Shown: positions 17,690 to 25,277, numbered from the stretch's first letter. The stretch is 25,791 bases of DNA from a virus (IMGVR_UViG_3300017782_000194:1-25791), one strand, 5' to 3'. Notes: a model not told the origin generated them from the letters alone. Numbers and translations are program-made.

Positions 17690-19561
17690 ATGAGTATTAT
17701 TAGTCAAAACGCAACAACAGGTGCTTTAAGCATTGCATCACAAGATGAGATAGCAACAATAGATTCAGGTAAATTAGCTAATATTGTAGAAGATACAAGC
17801 CCACAGCTTGGAAATAATTTAGATGTAAATGGTAAAAAGATTACAAGTGTTACAAATGGTAACATTGATATTGAACCACACGGAACAGGTAATGTTTTAA
17901 TTGGTAATTTAACATTTGATGCAGATCAAACAGTAGGTGCAGGACAAGATAATTTTGTCTTAACATATGATAACAGCTCAGGACTAATAGTTTTAGAATC
18001 AAATGCAAGTGGTAATTTAAGTAATGTAGTAGAAGATACAACTCCACAACTTGGTGGTAATTTAGATGTAAATGGACAAAGTTTAGTCACAACATCAAAT
18101 GGTAATATTGTATTAGCACCAAATGGAACAGGACATACACAATTAGAATTTGACAATGATGCGGCCACAAGTGGACCGGATTTAGTTTTTAACAGAACAA
18201 GTGCAAGTCCAGCAGTAGATGATTTATTAGGAAGCATTAAATTTCAAGGACATGACGCAGGTGGTACTGATAAAATATATGCAAGTATAACAGGGCGTAT
18301 TGGCAGAACAACAGTTGGACAACAAAGAGGACTAATAAATTTTAATGCATTGGACAATGACTCAGATCAAGTAATAATGAGCATGAATAGAAATGGATTG
18401 TTTATGGGTGCAGGACATAAGATAGGTTTAGGTGGAGATAGTGCAAATTTCTTTACAAGTTTATATCCTGTAGATCCTACTGCTGATAGAACTATAACAT
18501 TACCAGATGCAAGTGGAACTGTAATTTTAAAAGACAGTTCAGACCAGGTGGTTATATCAAAAGCAGATGATGGTGCAGGTAGTGGACCAGACATAATACT
18601 ATCAAGAGTAAGTGCAAGTCCTGCTGTAGATGATTTATTGGGCAGTATACAATTCAAAGGACAAGATGCGGCAGGTAATTCAGATTTATATGCAAGTATC
18701 CAAGGTAAAATAGAAAGAACAACAAGTGGCAGTGAAAGAGGCAGAATAAATTTTACAGTTAATAACAGTGGTACTGATGAAACCGTAATGACAATGAACA
18801 GAAATGGATTGTTTTTCGCGTCAGGTAATAAAATAGGATTAGCAGGAACCACAGACAATGACCATTTTATAACTTTAAATGCGGCTACAGATCCTACAGG
18901 TTTTAGAACTGTTGGATTCCCAGACGCAGATGGAACAGTGGTTTATCAAGACTCAACAGATACACTAACAAACAAAACACTAACAAATCCTGTAATAAGT
19001 CAAGTAGTAAGTGTTAGCAATGGCAACATTGAACTGGATCCAAATGGAACAGGTAAAGTAATACTTGATGGTATAACAAACATAAATGGAAATAGAACTG
19101 GAACAACTCTGTTTATTGCTACAGATATGAGCAGTGATACAAGTGATGATTTGGCCAATGCTATTGAATGTGAGCTTGATTATACTGGATCTACTATTGG
19201 TAGTGGAACAAGACAACAATCAGTTGTATTTAAATTTAAAGATGATGCAGTAGATAGACAAGCAGGTAGATTCTCAAGTGAATTTACAAGCACAGATGCT
19301 AGTGCAAACAAAATGAAATTGATTGCTATTGATCACGCTACAAGTGGTGCAGAAAATGGACAAATAGATATAAGTCCTAAAAGAGGCAAAGTAAATAAAC
19401 CATTTGAATTGGCCAGTTATACAGTAGCAAATTTACCAACAGCAGGTATTGGTGCAGGTGCTATGGCATATGTAACAAATGATGCAGGCGGAGCAGTTCC
19501 TTGTTTTTATGATGGAAGTGCTTGGCGTAGAGTAACAGACAGAACAGTCTGTTCAACATAA
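17690..19561 (+). CDS. Tail fibre / receptor-binding protein with internal repeats
   Basis: Two VEDTxPQLGxNLDVNG repeats, two SGPD...SASPAVDDLLGSI repeats, PTADRTITLPDASGT, and C-terminal YTVANLP...GAMAYVTN...YDGSAWRRV. Confidence 0.8.
   Translation: MSIISQNATTGALSIASQDEIATIDSGKLANIVEDTSPQLGNNLDVNGKKITSVTNGNIDIEPHGTGNVLIGNLTFDADQTVGAGQDNFVLTYDNSSGLIVLESNASGNLSNVVEDTTPQLGGNLDVNGQSLVTTSNGNIVLAPNGTGHTQLEFDNDAATSGPDLVFNRTSASPAVDDLLGSIKFQGHDAGGTDKIYASITGRIGRTTVGQQRGLINFNALDNDSDQVIMSMNRNGLFMGAGHKIGLGGDSANFFTSLYPVDPTADRTITLPDASGTVILKDSSDQVVISKADDGAGSGPDIILSRVSASPAVDDLLGSIQFKGQDAAGNSDLYASIQGKIERTTSGSERGRINFTVNNSGTDETVMTMNRNGLFFASGNKIGLAGTTDNDHFITLNAATDPTGFRTVGFPDADGTVVYQDSTDTLTNKTLTNPVISQVVSVSNGNIELDPNGTGKVILDGITNINGNRTGTTLFIATDMSSDTSDDLANAIECELDYTGSTIGSGTRQQSVVFKFKDDAVDRQAGRFSSEFTSTDASANKMKLIAIDHATSGAENGQIDISPKRGKVNKPFELASYTVANLPTAGIGAGAMAYVTNDAGGAVPCFYDGSAWRRVTDRTVCST
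17779..18940 (+). repeat. Two tandemly duplicated modules in the fibre gene (about 17779-17890 vs 18023-18133; about 18170-18510 vs 18581-18940)
   Basis: Protein- and DNA-level similarity, e.g. AGTGCAAGTCCWGCWGTAGATGATTTATT occurs twice; boundaries approximate. Confidence 0.85.
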
Positions 19562-19598
19562 ACATAACTACTTAACACACCCCCAACAGGAGTAAGTT

Positions 19599-20117
19599 AT
19601 GACACAAGCAAAAGAAGGCAAGATGAAAAAGTTTTCTGGTAATCTATTGGGTTATTGGAAACACAGAAACAAAGATACACCATATCAATGTTTTAAAAGT
19701 ACATATGCATTAACAAGTATAAAAAGCTGGCCACCAGGTGAGTTTGTCAGTGTTATGTATATAGATAGATCAAAAACAGCAGTACGAAATAAACAAAGAG
19801 TTATATTGAATAAACAAAAATTAGCAATAGTTGGTACTACAGCAAGTCTTAATGAATGTGCTGAATGGTTAAAACAACAAGGAATATTTCAATGTTTTGA
19901 TCTTACCAATGAAACAATTTTAACAGATTATTTAAAAGACATAGTACAAAAAAGTTTACCAATTCCAAGAGATACTGCTGAACTTTACCAATTGGTTGAA
20001 ATAGAAGGTAAAACCATTGGTGATTTAAGTAGAATGTATAATTGTTCATATGCAAATATATACAACAGGATACTTAATTATAAAAAGAAATTAAAAAGAG
20101 AAGGCATTTTAGCTTGA
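19599..20117 (+). CDS. Protein with a C-terminal helix-turn-helix (sigma70 region 4/RinA-like); putative regulator
   Basis: ELYQLVEIEGKTIGDLSRMYNCSYANIYNRILNYKKKLK; AGGAG SD. Confidence 0.55.
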   Translation: MTQAKEGKMKKFSGNLLGYWKHRNKDTPYQCFKSTYALTSIKSWPPGEFVSVMYIDRSKTAVRNKQRVILNKQKLAIVGTTASLNECAEWLKQQGIFQCFDLTNETILTDYLKDIVQKSLPIPRDTAELYQLVEIEGKTIGDLSRMYNCSYANIYNRILNYKKKLKREGILA

Positions 20118-20144
20118 CAAACCGTATTTTTTATAGTATAAATA
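20114..20144 (+). promoter_or_regulatory. Promoter TTGACA-N17-TATAAA whose -10 is also a perfect TATAAATA
   Basis: TTGACA at 20114-20119; TATAAATA at 20137-20144. Confidence 0.7.
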
Positions 20145-20148
20145 GTAA

Positions 20149-20330
20149 TGTTAAGTTTGGTAGGAACTTAACCCTTTATGGCTGTGTCAGCCAAGATATA
20201 TAGACATATAGAGTATATTGACCGTGCTTTCTAAGAGCACCTCCTTTCAACCGACTGATCACGAGGCTGATCCCTAATGCAATATACACTCCTACCTTTT
20301 TACCAAAAACGCGGTTTTTTTGCGTTTTCG
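20149..20330 (+). ncRNA. Candidate structured small RNA (about 180 nt)
   Basis: Own promoter, no ORF. Stems 20150-57/20165-72, 20179-84/20188-93, 20213-20/20280-87 (enclosing two hairpins), terminal 20306-13/20321-28; possible pseudoknot 20159-65/20290-96. Confidence 0.6.
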
Positions 20331-20341
20331 ACCCTAAAAAG

Positions 20342-20370
20342 TTGACTTTTGATAAATAGTAATGTATAAT
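20342..20370 (+). promoter_or_regulatory. sigma70 promoter TTGACT-N17-TATAAT with ATAAATA in the spacer
   Basis: TTGACT 20342-47, ATAAATA 20352-58, TATAAT 20365-70. Confidence 0.8.
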
Positions 20371-20401
20371 AATACAATATACACACGAAAGGAAATAGAA
20401 T

Positions 20402-20872
20402 ATGTTAACAGTATATCCTACATTGATAGAATTTACCGAAACTCGATCGCGACAACGAGCAAAAAGTGTGCGTATGAAATTTATTTTAGGTGAGAAAAAA
20501 AGCGTAATAAATAAATTAGCAGAGTTGATAAATTTTTATAATAAAAATACATTCAATAAAAATTTATTTCATACATATCAAGAGCGTATTGGTAAAGACG
20601 GAATCGATTATGAGACAAACGAAATATTTAAAGATATAACAAAGAAAATGGTTGATTGGCAAAAGCCAAGAAATGATATATTCGAAAGTTATATTATAAG
20701 ACACAACCATGTAGTAATGGATACAGCAATGAAGATAGCCGCTCACAAAGGTGTTGGTTATTGTACAGCCGCTGATGCATTTTTAGATGCATTTTATATC
20801 GATTATGGACCAGGTAAACCCCCTTATTTTACGCCTAGGACGGTGAGCATAAGAGAGGAATTATTCGTATGA
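20402..20872 (+). CDS. Hypothetical protein
   Basis: 156-aa ORF, GAAAGGA SD, first gene behind a consensus promoter. Confidence 0.8.
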   Translation: MLTVYPTLIEFTETRSRQRAKSVRMKFILGEKKSVINKLAELINFYNKNTFNKNLFHTYQERIGKDGIDYETNEIFKDITKKMVDWQKPRNDIFESYIIRHNHVVMDTAMKIAAHKGVGYCTAADAFLDAFYIDYGPGKPPYFTPRTVSIREELFV

Positions 20873-21087
20873 AAAATGAAAAGAAACAGACTAAAATTAC
20901 AATGGAAGATATTAAAACCAAAGAAGCATTTAGAGAATTTAAAATAAAATCAATTATGGAATATCACGATGTAAGTGAAATAGTAGCAGAATGTATATTG
21001 GATGCTATGGAAGAAGCTAAAGCAGAATACAATAGAGTATCAAGTATGATACAAGATTGCTACCCAGGTAGCAATACAGTACATTAG
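20869..21087 (+). CDS. Hypothetical protein
   Basis: ATGA overlap with the previous gene; GAGG SD. Confidence 0.75.
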   Translation: MKNEKKQTKITMEDIKTKEAFREFKIKSIMEYHDVSEIVAECILDAMEEAKAEYNRVSSMIQDCYPGSNTVH

Positions 21088-21097
21088 GAGTAGTAAA

Positions 21098-21418
21098 ATG
21101 ATTACTTGGACAAGACAAGGTGGTAATAAAGTACCAGTAGCAACAGTAGATGATGCTACAACACCAGAAGCACATAAAAGAAATTGCGAAGAGTTCGCAA
21201 TAATAAGTTATATTGCAAACGGATCCTCATATGGCAATTATATAGCAGATCCACTAATAAAACAAGCAATAGACAACACATATGATGTAGAGATAGAACC
21301 AGATTTATATGGTGCAGTATTCATTAGCGAATACCGAGCATTGAAAAACAAAGATGCTGTTGTTGAAGAAGAACATAAAATTAACTATCCAAAAGACGAA
21401 GACGAAGACGAACTGTAA
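21098..21418 (+). CDS. Hypothetical protein with acidic C-terminus
   Basis: AGGAG SD; ends KDEDEDEL. Confidence 0.78.
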   Translation: MITWTRQGGNKVPVATVDDATTPEAHKRNCEEFAIISYIANGSSYGNYIADPLIKQAIDNTYDVEIEPDLYGAVFISEYRALKNKDAVVEEEHKINYPKDEDEDEL

Positions 21419-21425
21419 TTAATGG

Positions 21426-21453
21426 TTGACAACCTAACTAAACAATGTAGTAT
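21426..21453 (+). promoter_or_regulatory. sigma70-like promoter, near copy of the 2676 promoter
   Basis: TTGACA-N16-TAGTAT; 21422-21446 matches 2672-2696 at 23/25 nt. Confidence 0.72.
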
Positions 21454-21460
21454 ATAAGTA

Positions 21461-21706
21461 ATGAAATACGAATACAAAGCATATAGAAAAACAATACTGC
21501 ACAATGGAAAGTATTATAGTCAGTACGATTTAGATCGTATGGCTACACAATTAACCAATATAAAACCCAACAAAGGCTCATCAAATACACAAAAGGCAAT
21601 CAAAGGCTTAACACAAAACAAACGATATAATAATAAACAGGCTCAGCAAAGGCACAGTTACAATCCCAATGAAAAGGCACTCAAAAAACAAAGCATCAGC
21701 ACATAA
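21461..21706 (+). CDS. Hypothetical basic protein, probably leaderless
   Basis: ATG 7 nt after the -10 box, no SD; K/N/Q-rich. Confidence 0.6.
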   Translation: MKYEYKAYRKTILHNGKYYSQYDLDRMATQLTNIKPNKGSSNTQKAIKGLTQNKRYNNKQAQQRHSYNPNEKALKKQSIST

Positions 21707-21715
21707 GGTTGACAC

Positions 21716-21971
21716 GCCGGCTGTAATAGTGTTATGGCAGGACCCGAATAAGAGTAGGGCCGCATTAGAGAATAATTGCTGATATTCCAAACCCCCGTCA
21801 ATAGTTATTGGTTATACTCGACCACAAGTATAGTAAAGATGTAGGATCCAATAGGTAGGCAGACCTCCAATAACTGACAGATCCTTGGTTGAAAGACCTT
21901 GATACTCATATCAAGAAATCAACTCCACCCCTAGTGGGTGGTTTCTGACCGAAATATCTATATCAAGCAAT
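21716..21971 (+). ncRNA. Candidate large structured RNA (about 250 nt) with pseudoknot
   Basis: GC-richer ORF-free region with at least 9 helices (see findings). Confidence 0.65.
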
Positions 21972-22081
21972 ATATAATAAGTTCATAGTAATATAGATTA
22001 ATGAGTTTGAAATAAAAAAATAAGTTGAAGATAACGGAGTTATCTGATAACTTCATGTCTGATAAGACATGAGTAAGGGAG

Positions 22082-22089
22082 TATAAATA
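22082..22089 (+). promoter_or_regulatory. Perfect TATAAATA box upstream of gene 22115
   Basis: GTATAAATAT ends 25 nt before the ATG; no -35 hexamer. Confidence 0.45.
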
Positions 22090-22114
22090 TGTATATAAAT
22101 GAAAGTGAGAAGAT

Positions 22115-22375
22115 ATGTTAGTAGCAGAAATATACAAGTATGAACAAGGAATGAGAACTGTTGAAACAAGACAGTATCCCACTCGTGATGATTTAGATCA
22201 AAGACTTTTTTGGTTGAACTTGAACGGCGAATGGGTAGGACATAAAATATGGAATTGCGATTTAACAGTATATCACAACCTTGATGATGTTGAACGAGCT
22301 CGTGGTGTAGTTGAACAAAAGTTTGATAAAGAGGCAATAGTAAAAACACGAGTATCAGATTGGAGAAGAGTATGA
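22115..22375 (+). CDS. Hypothetical protein
   Basis: 86-aa ORF, coupled to the next gene by ATGA. Confidence 0.72.
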   Translation: MLVAEIYKYEQGMRTVETRQYPTRDDLDQRLFWLNLNGEWVGHKIWNCDLTVYHNLDDVERARGVVEQKFDKEAIVKTRVSDWRRV

Positions 22376-22749
22376 GTAAAAGAAGAAGCTTTGACCATTG
22401 GTGGTATGGAATGCGTAAAGTACGAGACAGATCACAAAGAAAGCGTAATTTAGATAAATGGTTGTATTTCGCAACAAAAACAGTGGCCTTAGGTGGCAAT
22501 CAAGATGAACAATGGGTTGTTTATACAATACACAATAGATACAGCAAAAGTGAATGGGAGATTCCCAGATATCAAGCTCGTAGAGTGTATCAAATAGTAA
22601 GTAAAAAACAACAAAAGTATAGAGATCAAAAGAATTCACAGGCCAAGTTGAATAAAACAACTGTGGTAACACGAACATTAGTTGGTGGAAAAAGACGGGC
22701 ACGGACGGAGCCGCACCCGGTGATCAAAACCCCCTATAGATCACAGTAA
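22372..22749 (+). CDS. Hypothetical very basic protein
   Basis: ATG 22372 (ATGA overlap, GGAG SD); R/K/W-rich. Confidence 0.72.
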   Translation: MSKRRSFDHWWYGMRKVRDRSQRKRNLDKWLYFATKTVALGGNQDEQWVVYTIHNRYSKSEWEIPRYQARRVYQIVSKKQQKYRDQKNSQAKLNKTTVVTRTLVGGKRRARTEPHPVIKTPYRSQ

Positions 22750-22758
22750 TATTTAGGG

Positions 22759-22765
22759 ATAAATA
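22759..22765 (+). promoter_or_regulatory. Putative late promoter (ATAAATA) at the head of the packaging operon
   Basis: GATAAATA immediately before the SD of ORF 22782, upstream of terS. Confidence 0.45.
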
Positions 22766-22781
22766 CAGGAGAATAACCGAT

Positions 22782-22925
22782 ATGAAAATAACCAGTGAAG
22801 ATACAGGTGAACAAATTAAGTTGAGTATCAAACACAGTTTAGTACTGACAAATGCAATTTTAGGATTGGCGTTTTGTCATTATGCGGTGTATTTGGTTGC
22901 GAAAGTATTCACAGCCATATTTTAA
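22782..22925 (+). CDS. Small membrane protein (47 aa); not in the ORF track
   Basis: AGGAG SD; MKITSEDTGEQIKLSIKHSLVLTNAILGLAFCHYAVYLVAKVFTAIF*. Confidence 0.65.
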   Translation: MKITSEDTGEQIKLSIKHSLVLTNAILGLAFCHYAVYLVAKVFTAIF

Positions 22926-22959
22926 GCTATACTGAAGCGTAGTATCAGGAGGGACTCAA

Positions 22960-23304
22960 ATGAACAAGAGTGAAGGTAACCCCAAAGGGGCAGGCCGTAA
23001 GAAGATCGAACTTGATAAAGATATGTTGATCAAGTTAGCAGAATTACAATGTACTCACAGAGAAATAGCATATGTTATGAACTGTAGCACAGATACATTA
23101 AAGCGTAATTATGCCGACCATATAGACAAAGGGTACGCACAAGGCAAAATCAAGCTGAGAAGAGCAATGTTTCGCAATGCTGTAGAGAATGATAATGCTG
23201 TGGTGCAAATCTTTTTAAGTAAAAACATACTTGGATATCAAAATGATCCAACACCCAATGGTGAAGATAATGATATCTTACCCTGGGAAACGGACGATAA
23301 ATAA
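22960..23304 (+). CDS. terS: Terminase small subunit (HTH type)
   Basis: GRKKIELD...LAELQCTHREIAYVMNCSTDTL HTH, then GKIKLRRAMF...AVVQIFLSKNILG. Confidence 0.78.
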   Translation: MNKSEGNPKGAGRKKIELDKDMLIKLAELQCTHREIAYVMNCSTDTLKRNYADHIDKGYAQGKIKLRRAMFRNAVENDNAVVQIFLSKNILGYQNDPTPNGEDNDILPWETDDK

Positions 23305-23327
23305 AGTTAAAGAGGGAAGCCAATAGA

Positions 23328-23564
23328 ATGGAAACCAAGTTAACTGTGAAGCAACAAACACAAAAGAACAGTAAAGATATAGCTGAAATCAAGACCACAT
23401 TAAATCGTCTTGAAACAAATCATATCACACACATAGAAAAAGATATAAAGACATTAACAGAGAGAACAAATAACATCGAGCAAAAGCTATGGTGGATTTT
23501 GTCAATCCTGGTTGCATCAACAGTAGTTGGACTAATGGGTGAAAGACTCTTAAGTGTATTATAG
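23328..23564 (+). CDS. Coiled-coil + single TM protein (XhlA/holin-like)
   Basis: LETNHITHIEKDI coiled coil followed by LWWILSILVASTVVGLM. Confidence 0.65.
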   Translation: METKLTVKQQTQKNSKDIAEIKTTLNRLETNHITHIEKDIKTLTERTNNIEQKLWWILSILVASTVVGLMGERLLSVL

Positions 23565-23575
23565 GGAGAACAAAC

Positions 23576-23632
23576 ATGGCTATGAAAAAGAAAAAGAAAA
23601 AAGGTGGAAAAAGAGGCGGTAAGCGTAAGTAA
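23576..23632 (+). CDS. 18-aa highly basic minipeptide MAMKKKKKKGGKRGGKRK; not in the ORF track
   Basis: GGGAG SD 8 nt upstream; fills the gap after the XhlA-like gene. Confidence 0.6.
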   Translation: MAMKKKKKKGGKRGGKRK

Positions 23633-23978
23633 AGCTGATTGGACCAACTATTTCGCAAGTATAGTAAGTGTGTGTCCTTGGAGTAAAACATACTGGGCAA
23701 AACAAAAGATAGATGTTCAAATATGGCGAGGATCACAGAATATAAAACCCCTAGGCAAATATGTAGCAAGAATGTGGATTCACGAGAACGCAAGTGGGCG
23801 AACATTATGCAACATACACAATAGATTAAATGATGAGAGACAACACGAAGAATGGTTGTACTCACATCCACAATACAAGGGATACAGTACACCTGTTCCG
23901 GTATTGATACAACAAGACCTTGCAATATTAACAAATGCAAGACAACGCAACAAAGAGTTGCAACAAAAGGAGAAATAA
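23604..23978 (+). CDS. Hypothetical protein (possibly DUF1415-like); start uncertain
   Basis: VCPWS...YSHP...PVPVLIQQ pattern; the GTG start overlaps the minipeptide. Confidence 0.6.
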   Translation: MEKEAVSVSKADWTNYFASIVSVCPWSKTYWAKQKIDVQIWRGSQNIKPLGKYVARMWIHENASGRTLCNIHNRLNDERQHEEWLYSHPQYKGYSTPVPVLIQQDLAILTNARQRNKELQQKEK

Positions 23979-23980
23979 CT

Positions 23981-24733
23981 ATGCCAATGTCAGGTGGAAA
24001 TCAAGTAACAACATTACCAAGTGGTTTAGAATTAAGCCGTGGTACTATTGACAAATTAACATTACAAGGAACAAGTGGAATTAACTCAGCAGTAGGTGCA
24101 ACATTGGAAACAATATGTACACAGGGTGGTATCCGTAATGTACTAACAAGTGCAGAACAATTAAAGATCGTATCAAGTTCAACAGATGATACAAATGGTG
24201 GTTCAAACCACGCAAGAAGAGTTAAGATCGCAGGTATTGATGGCTCAGGAGCAGAAGTAGAAGAAAATGTCAACCTAAATGGAACAGCGGCAGTAACTAC
24301 TGTAAACAGTTACCGTCATATTAACAATGTATTCGTAAACAAAGTAGGCACAGGTGGAACTGTAAATGCAGGAACTATCAGTGTTAAGAACAATGCGGCA
24401 GATACAGTATTGTATGAGATTGCGGCTCTTGAAGGACAACAACAAAGTGCAAGTTTCGCAGTACCAGCAGACACAAATGCATATCTAACAACATTTATGA
24501 TGAGTGCAAGTGGAGCGGCTCAAGTGAGTATTTGGTTAAACAAACAACCAGACAACGCACCATTTAGACAGGTGTTAACAACTATCGTAGGTGATGGTCA
24601 AGGTGTTACATACCAATTACCAAATCCTTTCCAAATACCAGCAGGTGGAATTATTGAATTCCGTGCCAAGAGATTGGGTGGATCGGATGTAGCAGTAGCG
24701 GCAGACTTTCAATTGATTTTTGAAAAAGATTAA
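23981..24733 (+). CDS. Beta-rich putative virion structural protein (250 aa)
   Basis: ATG 23981 with AAGGAG SD; G/T/A/N-rich, IVSSSTDD...ARRVKIAGID...VNLNGT. Confidence 0.65.
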   Translation: MPMSGGNQVTTLPSGLELSRGTIDKLTLQGTSGINSAVGATLETICTQGGIRNVLTSAEQLKIVSSSTDDTNGGSNHARRVKIAGIDGSGAEVEENVNLNGTAAVTTVNSYRHINNVFVNKVGTGGTVNAGTISVKNNAADTVLYEIAALEGQQQSASFAVPADTNAYLTTFMMSASGAAQVSIWLNKQPDNAPFRQVLTTIVGDGQGVTYQLPNPFQIPAGGIIEFRAKRLGGSDVAVAADFQLIFEKD

Positions 24734-25020
24734 TGCCTAAGCCAACACAACAAATGAGAGCTAATGCTCGAAGAGCGTTGAACCTAAGAGATCAAGCACC
24801 AGCAAGTCGTAAGGGTATGACGCCAGTGGGATTAGCAAGAGCGAACCAATTCGCAAAAGGCGAAAATGTAAGTATGGCTACGGTTGAGAGAACATATAGT
24901 TTTCTTAGCCGTGCCAAAAGTTATTACAAGCCAGGAAAGAACACCCCAGGTACACAAGCGTATTTAGGTTGGGGTGGTAATGCCGGATTAAGTTGGGCAC
25001 GAAGGATATTGAAAAAATGA
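24733..25020 (+). CDS. Conserved basic phage protein (NARRAL...TPVGLARANQ...WGGxAGLSW), head-associated family
   Basis: Motif pattern recalled from domains found free-standing or fused to phage head genes; function unknown. Confidence 0.7.
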   Translation: MPKPTQQMRANARRALNLRDQAPASRKGMTPVGLARANQFAKGENVSMATVERTYSFLSRAKSYYKPGKNTPGTQAYLGWGGNAGLSWARRILKK

Positions 25021-25277
25021 AACAGATCATAAAGAATATATGGTACTTTATCAAATGTGAATTACCAGAATTAATGAGTAATTGGAGATTGATTCCAAGA
25101 CTATTGATGGCATTGTATACATATGCTTTTTATAGTACAACACAATGGTTTATGGCAATGCCAGAACCCACAACAGCACAAGCAGGCTTCGTAGCAACCA
25201 TAGTAGGAGCAGGAGCAGGATTTTTTGGATTGTATGTTGGAAGCGGTAAAGTAAACAAACCAGCAGATAAGAAATAA
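25017..25277 (+). CDS. Two-TM membrane protein (possible holin)
   Basis: ATGA overlap; WRLIPRLLM...WFMAMPEPT..QAGFVATIVGAGAGFFGLYV. Confidence 0.7.
   Translation: MKQIIKNIWYFIKCELPELMSNWRLIPRLLMALYTYAFYSTTQWFMAMPEPTTAQAGFVATIVGAGAGFFGLYVGSGKVNKPADKK

Noticed and set aside
10258-18858. Long minus-strand ORFs (e.g. 10258-10800, 10972-11640, 13234-13680, 18367-18858) and the other minus ORFs in the track
   Set aside because: Antisense shadows of well-supported + strand genes, with no SD and non-protein-like composition.
17779-18940. Fibre repeats as a DGR template/variable pair
   Set aside because: No reverse transcriptase; differences are not adenine-specific and both copies are in-frame coding.
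20182-20248. Perfect SD (GAAAGGAGGTG) on the minus strand suggesting a hidden gene or type I toxin
   Set aside because: No properly spaced start; the nearest ATG is about 30 nt away and gives 6 codons.
21709-21737. TTGACA as a promoter for the large RNA
   Set aside because: No acceptable -10 hexamer at 16-18 nt; the RNA is more likely transcribed from 21426.
20149-21971. tRNA, tmRNA or intron identity for the structured regions
   Set aside because: No T-loop/CCA cloverleaf, tag reading frame, group I P7 or group II domain V motifs found, and no gene is interrupted.
5873-22735. Recurrent AAACCCCC (about 5873, 20816, 21789, 22728)
   Set aside because: Mixed coding and non-coding contexts and few copies; cannot be separated from chance by eye.
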